Origin: an uncultured Gemmatimonadales bacterium | GTDB lineage: Bacteria; Gemmatimonadota; Gemmatimonadetes; Gemmatimonadales; GWC2-71-9 | Assembly: GCA_963842945.1 (NCBI GenBank) | Contig: CAWJIM010000019.1 | Span: forward strand, 448,001 to 512,000 | Reading direction: 5' to 3' | Length of the DNA stretch: 64,000 nt | Shown: positions 61,433-64,000 of the stretch, piece by piece | How the letters are laid out: each line of letters begins with the position of its first letter | Numbering within the stretch: position 1 is the first letter of the stretch | The notes under the pieces: model-generated | The model's input: the letters and a program-made list of their open reading frames with translations, nothing else | The model's database searches: none | Told to the model about the DNA's origin: nothing | Made by a program: the position numbers and the translations under genes

Positions 61433-64000
61433 GTGAGCGATACCACCCTCGATCTGTTCGCCGCCTTGCAAGCAGCGCTGGGGCCCCAGTACCGGCTCCA
61501 GCGCGAGCTCGGCCGCGGCGGTATGGGTGTCGTATTCCAGGCGACCGACACCACCCTGGACCGCCGGGTCGCCATCAAGGTGGTCCACCCCGAATTGGCC
61601 CCTCACGAATCCATCACTCGCCGTTTCCTCGGTGAAGCCCGGACGATTGCCCGACTGCGCCACCCCAACATCGTGGCTATCCATGCGGCGGGGAGCGCAG
61701 ACGGGCTGCTGTACTACGTGATGGACGAGATCGCCGGCGAAAGCCTGCGGCAGCGACTCACGCGGGAAGGGAGAATCCCGGTCGAGGATGCGGCCCGCAT
61801 CACGTCCGATGTGGCCTCGGCACTCGACGCGGCCGGGCGGGCGGGCGTGGTGCACCGGGACGTGAAGCCCGAAAACGTGCTGCTGGATGAGGTCAGCGGA
61901 CGTGCTCTCCTGGCGGACTTCGGCATTGCCCGCGCGGTCGCGGCCGAAGCGAGCGGATCGAGCACCGGACAGGGTGTGGCGGTGGGGACGCCGGTGTACA
62001 TGAGTCCGGAGCAGGCCGCCGGCGAGGAGGTCGATATCCGCAGCGATCTCTACGCGCTCGGCGTTGTCGCCTATGAGATGCTGGCCGGACATCCTCCCTT
62101 CCAGGGCTCGCACCGGGTCGTCGTGTCCAAGCACATCGCCGAACGCCCATTACCCATCGACCGGCTGCGCCCCGAGACGCCGGAGCCGCTGGCCGCAGCG
62201 GTCATGCGCTCGCTGGAGAAGCAACCATCCGAGCGCTGGCAGACGGGCGAGGAGCTGCGGCAGGCGCTCACCGGCGAGCGGTCCACCTGGCCCAGACGAG
62301 GCCGGCTGCGGCGCACCCTGATCGGAGCGGCGGCGGTGGCCGCGGTTGTGGCCGGCGCCACCATCGGATTAGTGCGGCGCACTCCCGGGCCCCCGGCCGG
62401 AGTAAATCCCCGGCACTCCATCCTGGTGCTCCCGTTCAACAATCTGCGGGGCGACCGATCAGTGGATTGGCTGCGGGAGGGCAGCGTCAGCATGCTGGGG
62501 CTGAACCTGTCGCAATGGAACGATCTCACCGTCGTGGATCACGAGCGCCTTCACGACCTTCTCGCTCGGCATCGGCTGAGAGCCGGAGACGAGATCGGCC
62601 TCGATATGGCTCGCCGGCTGGCCCGGGAGGCGGGCGTCTGGACGGTGGTGCTGGGGGATTTCACTCCGGCCGGCGACTCACTCCATCTGGCCGCTCGGGT
62701 CTTCGACGTGTCCAGCGGGAACCGGGTGGATGTCGCCCGGGTCGATGACCGCTCCGGGACCGATGTGCGCCCGCTGTTCGACCAGCTCGCCGCCAAGCTG
62801 CTGGATCTGACCGGCGCACCCAATGAGATCCAGATAGGACTGGCGCGCTCGACCACCACGTCGCTCGAAGCATTCCGAGCCTACTTGCGCGGAGTGGAGC
62901 AGCTGAACCGCTGGGACCTTGCCGGAGCCGAGCGGGACCTCCAGCGGGCCATAGCCCTGGACACGACCTTCGGGCTGGCCTACTACAAGCTCGCTCTGAC
63001 TCGCGGGTGGATGGCTGGGACGGAAGACTCGGTCTCGGACCGACTCATGCTGCGGGCAACGACGCTACTCGGCCAACCTGCCGCTGCACGAACGCACCGT
63101 CATCAACGCCTATCGGGCGTTTCTGGGAGATCAGTACGAGGAGGCCCGCGCTCTGTACCGGCAGCTCATTGCGCGGGACCCGGGCGACGCCGACGCCTGG
63201 TACGGCCTGGGCGACGCCTGGTTCCACGATACGGCCGGTGCGAATCGAGGCACCCTTCTGGACTCAATCCCTCAGGGCCTTCAAGCGAGCACTGGCCCTG
63301 GACCCCAGCTACGCGCTGGCCTACGAGCACGTCCAATTCATGTTCAGTGTTGCTGCCTCCGATCACCCGACTTACGCCTTGCTCCCCCGGGATTCGTTTG
63401 GCGTAACCCGGACGTCTTCAGGGCGGGTGATGATGGACAGCGTCACCGTCGGCACGTCGGTGCAGCGGGCCCGGGCGGAGGCGCTCGCCACCGCGCGCAC
63501 CTGGGTGTCGGCCCTGCCCACGACGCTGAGGGCTCACGGCGCCATGGTGAACGCGTATCTCTCGTCCGGCAACTACAGCGGGGCCCTTTCCGAGCTGGAA
63601 CGATTCCGGGTGGCCACCTCGGCCCACCCGGAGCTGCCGTTTGTGGAAGCGCGGGTTCGCTTTGCCTCGGGAGACGTGGACCGAGCCGCCGCCCAGCTGC
63701 GCACAGCGCTGGATACGGCGTCCTCCAAGGATTTCAGAGTATATGCCGGCACCGCCACCGTGGTGAGCGACATCGCCGCCGCGGCGAACGTGTTTGCCTA
63801 TCAGGGCGACCTGACCAACGCAGCCAAGACGCTGGAGCTGGCTGACCAGGTCCGTCGCGTGGTGGTCTCCCATCCCGAGTGGAGCGGCTCCAGGGGAGAA
63901 GGGTGGCGCCGGGCCAAGCTGGGTGAGCTCTACGCCGCGGCCGGCGGCCCCTCGTCTGCCCTCCGGCAGATCTGGCAGAACACAGCGGAGGCGACCCGGA
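61433..64000 (+). CDS. Ser/Thr kinase with TM, TolB-like and TPR regions (partial; frameshifts near 63065 and 63250)
   Basis: GRGGMG, VAIK, HRDVKPEN, DFG, GTPVYMSPEQ; ILVLPF.N, TTSLEAFRAYLRG, TPR-like repeats continue to the window end. Confidence 0.92.

Noticed and set aside
568..63873. Numerous long antisense or alternate-frame ORFs in the ORF track (e.g. 568..1386, 13016..14284, 43690..44823)
   Set aside because: Shadows of real genes in GC-rich DNA, with no recognisable motifs.
201..64000. Many frameshifted genes as pseudogenes or programmed frameshifts
   Set aside because: They affect core genes (polA, parA, sufS, plsC-like, copA) whose motifs are otherwise intact and have no in-frame stops; single-base long-read indel errors are the simplest explanation. 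Read polishing would confirm.

Overview
GC-rich bacterial chromosomal segment, most likely Gemmatimonadota (inferred from a GWxTD protein, Hanks kinases with TolB-like/TPR tails and overall gene content). It is mostly core genome. Contents in order: a four-helix-bundle gene, SDR-BFD-histidine kinase, a metal-uptake operon, copA-csoR, a deoxyhypusine-synthase-like/LOG locus, ndh-queG, a BMP-type ABC system, bactofilin-M23-parB-parA with two parS sites, mnmG, a sufR-B-C-D-S-U-bacilliredoxin operon, def, rnd, polA, pyrE and two Ser/Thr kinases. Many genes, including polA, parA and sufS, are split by single-base frameshifts, which I read as long-read indel errors. I saw no rRNA, tRNA, CRISPR array or transposase. 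Two structures stand out. (1) The four-helix-bundle (23S-IVS/Avd-like) gene is enclosed by oppositely oriented GGCGGTAA/TTACCGCC octamer arrays, and a second, gene-less inverted octamer pair lies at 4945-5152. (2) A CxxC/RAPP leader peptide is followed immediately by a 10-bp anti-Shine-Dalgarno match to the next gene, suggesting metal-sensing ribosome-stalling control of the uptake operon. All annotations are by eye from motifs; no database searches were run.
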